In this document: positions 14,744 to 15,175 of the stretch, in pieces
Layout of the letters: every line of letters starts with the position of its first letter
How positions within the stretch are numbered: the first letter of the stretch is position 1
Source: Nitrospinota bacterium
GTDB lineage: Bacteria; Nitrospinota; Nitrospinia; SZUA-224
Reading direction: 5' to 3'
DNA: 15,175 nucleotides
Assembly: GCA_016212345.1 (NCBI GenBank)
Contig: JACRGM010000034.1
Coordinates: 1 to 15,175 of the forward strand
The notes under the pieces: model-generated
Databases searched by the model: none
Seen by the model: the letters and a program-made list of their open reading frames with translations, nothing else
What the model was told of the DNA's origin: nothing
Program-made: the position numbers and the translations under genes

Positions 14744-15175
14744 AAATATCCTTACTAAAATATAATATATTTTAATAATAGTAGGGATATTATGATCTGT
14801 CAAGGGTTATAATACCCTGTCTATAACTCCGACATAAGATTAGCGAAAAAAATTAGGTCAACAGTAATTTAGAGGTCTCGGAAATTCTACAACCATTAGA
14901 ACGGTATCGGCAGACTTTATTTATTCCTCAAGCTTTCCTTCCAAATCTTTTTTCTCAAATTCCTCTCCTATTTCAGATAGATAATAGATAGGCAAAAAAT
15001 ACCTACCCGATGATAGAATTTCCTACCATCTTTTCACTATTGAATTAATACCTTTATCATAAATAGGTGTATTAATATAGATTTTATTAGGATTTATAGT
15101 GTATTAAAGAGAGCATTTGAAGTGGTATAGCTATTGCAAAGACATAACAGGTATAAAAGACCTAAACATAGGTGG

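Overview
This is an AT-rich window (about 40% GC by eye) dominated by a single + strand gas-vesicle (gvp) gene cluster running from 35 to 13185, followed by two convergent minus-strand genes and a 370-bp noncoding tail.

The + strand carries, in order:
- gvpA (35-241);
- two paralogous charged repeat proteins with a shared N-terminal SYDMR motif (626-1228 and 1243-2031), which sit where gvpC normally sits;
- gvpN (2028-2969);
- an unknown basic coiled-coil ORF (3000-3341);
- gvpJ (3373-3672);
- an Hsp20/alpha-crystallin-domain protein in the GvpH position (3836-4384);
- an ArsA/Get3-family ATPase with a CxxC motif (4474-5412);
- a translationally coupled CDC48/VAT-type double-AAA unfoldase (5412-7586);
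- four GvpF/L-family paralogs, the first fused to a C-terminal J-domain carrying the HPD motif;
- gvpG, a short gvpO, a second GvpA/J/M-family protein, gvpK and an unknown 229-aa ORF.

On the minus strand there is a solo HicB/UPF0150-like antitoxin (13236-13448) and a COG1373/DUF4143-type AAA ATPase (13514-14743). The final 370 bp are AT-rich and noncoding.

The most unusual features are these:
- The chaperone and unfoldase content of the cluster: Hsp20, a J-domain fusion, a Get3/ArsA-like ATPase and CDC48.
- A set of modular intergenic repeats that recur upstream of several gvp genes:
  - an 18-bp perfect palindrome, GGACAAACTTGTTTGTCC, occurring four times;
  - a hairpin plus G-quadruplex-like G-run module, occurring twice;
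  - a hairpin module that overlaps the 3' ends of three genes;
  - a conserved leader, GGYTATTTTCAGAGGAA, directly upstream of start codons.
- Two copies of TTTATATAAA, which resemble archaeal TATA boxes and sit just upstream of the palindrome.

The host domain (archaeal or bacterial) cannot be settled from this sequence alone. CDC48/VAT, a Get3 homologue with CxxC and the TATA-like boxes favour an archaeon, while GvpA is closest to the bacterial/cyanobacterial type. All homology calls rest on motif recognition by eye; no searches were run.
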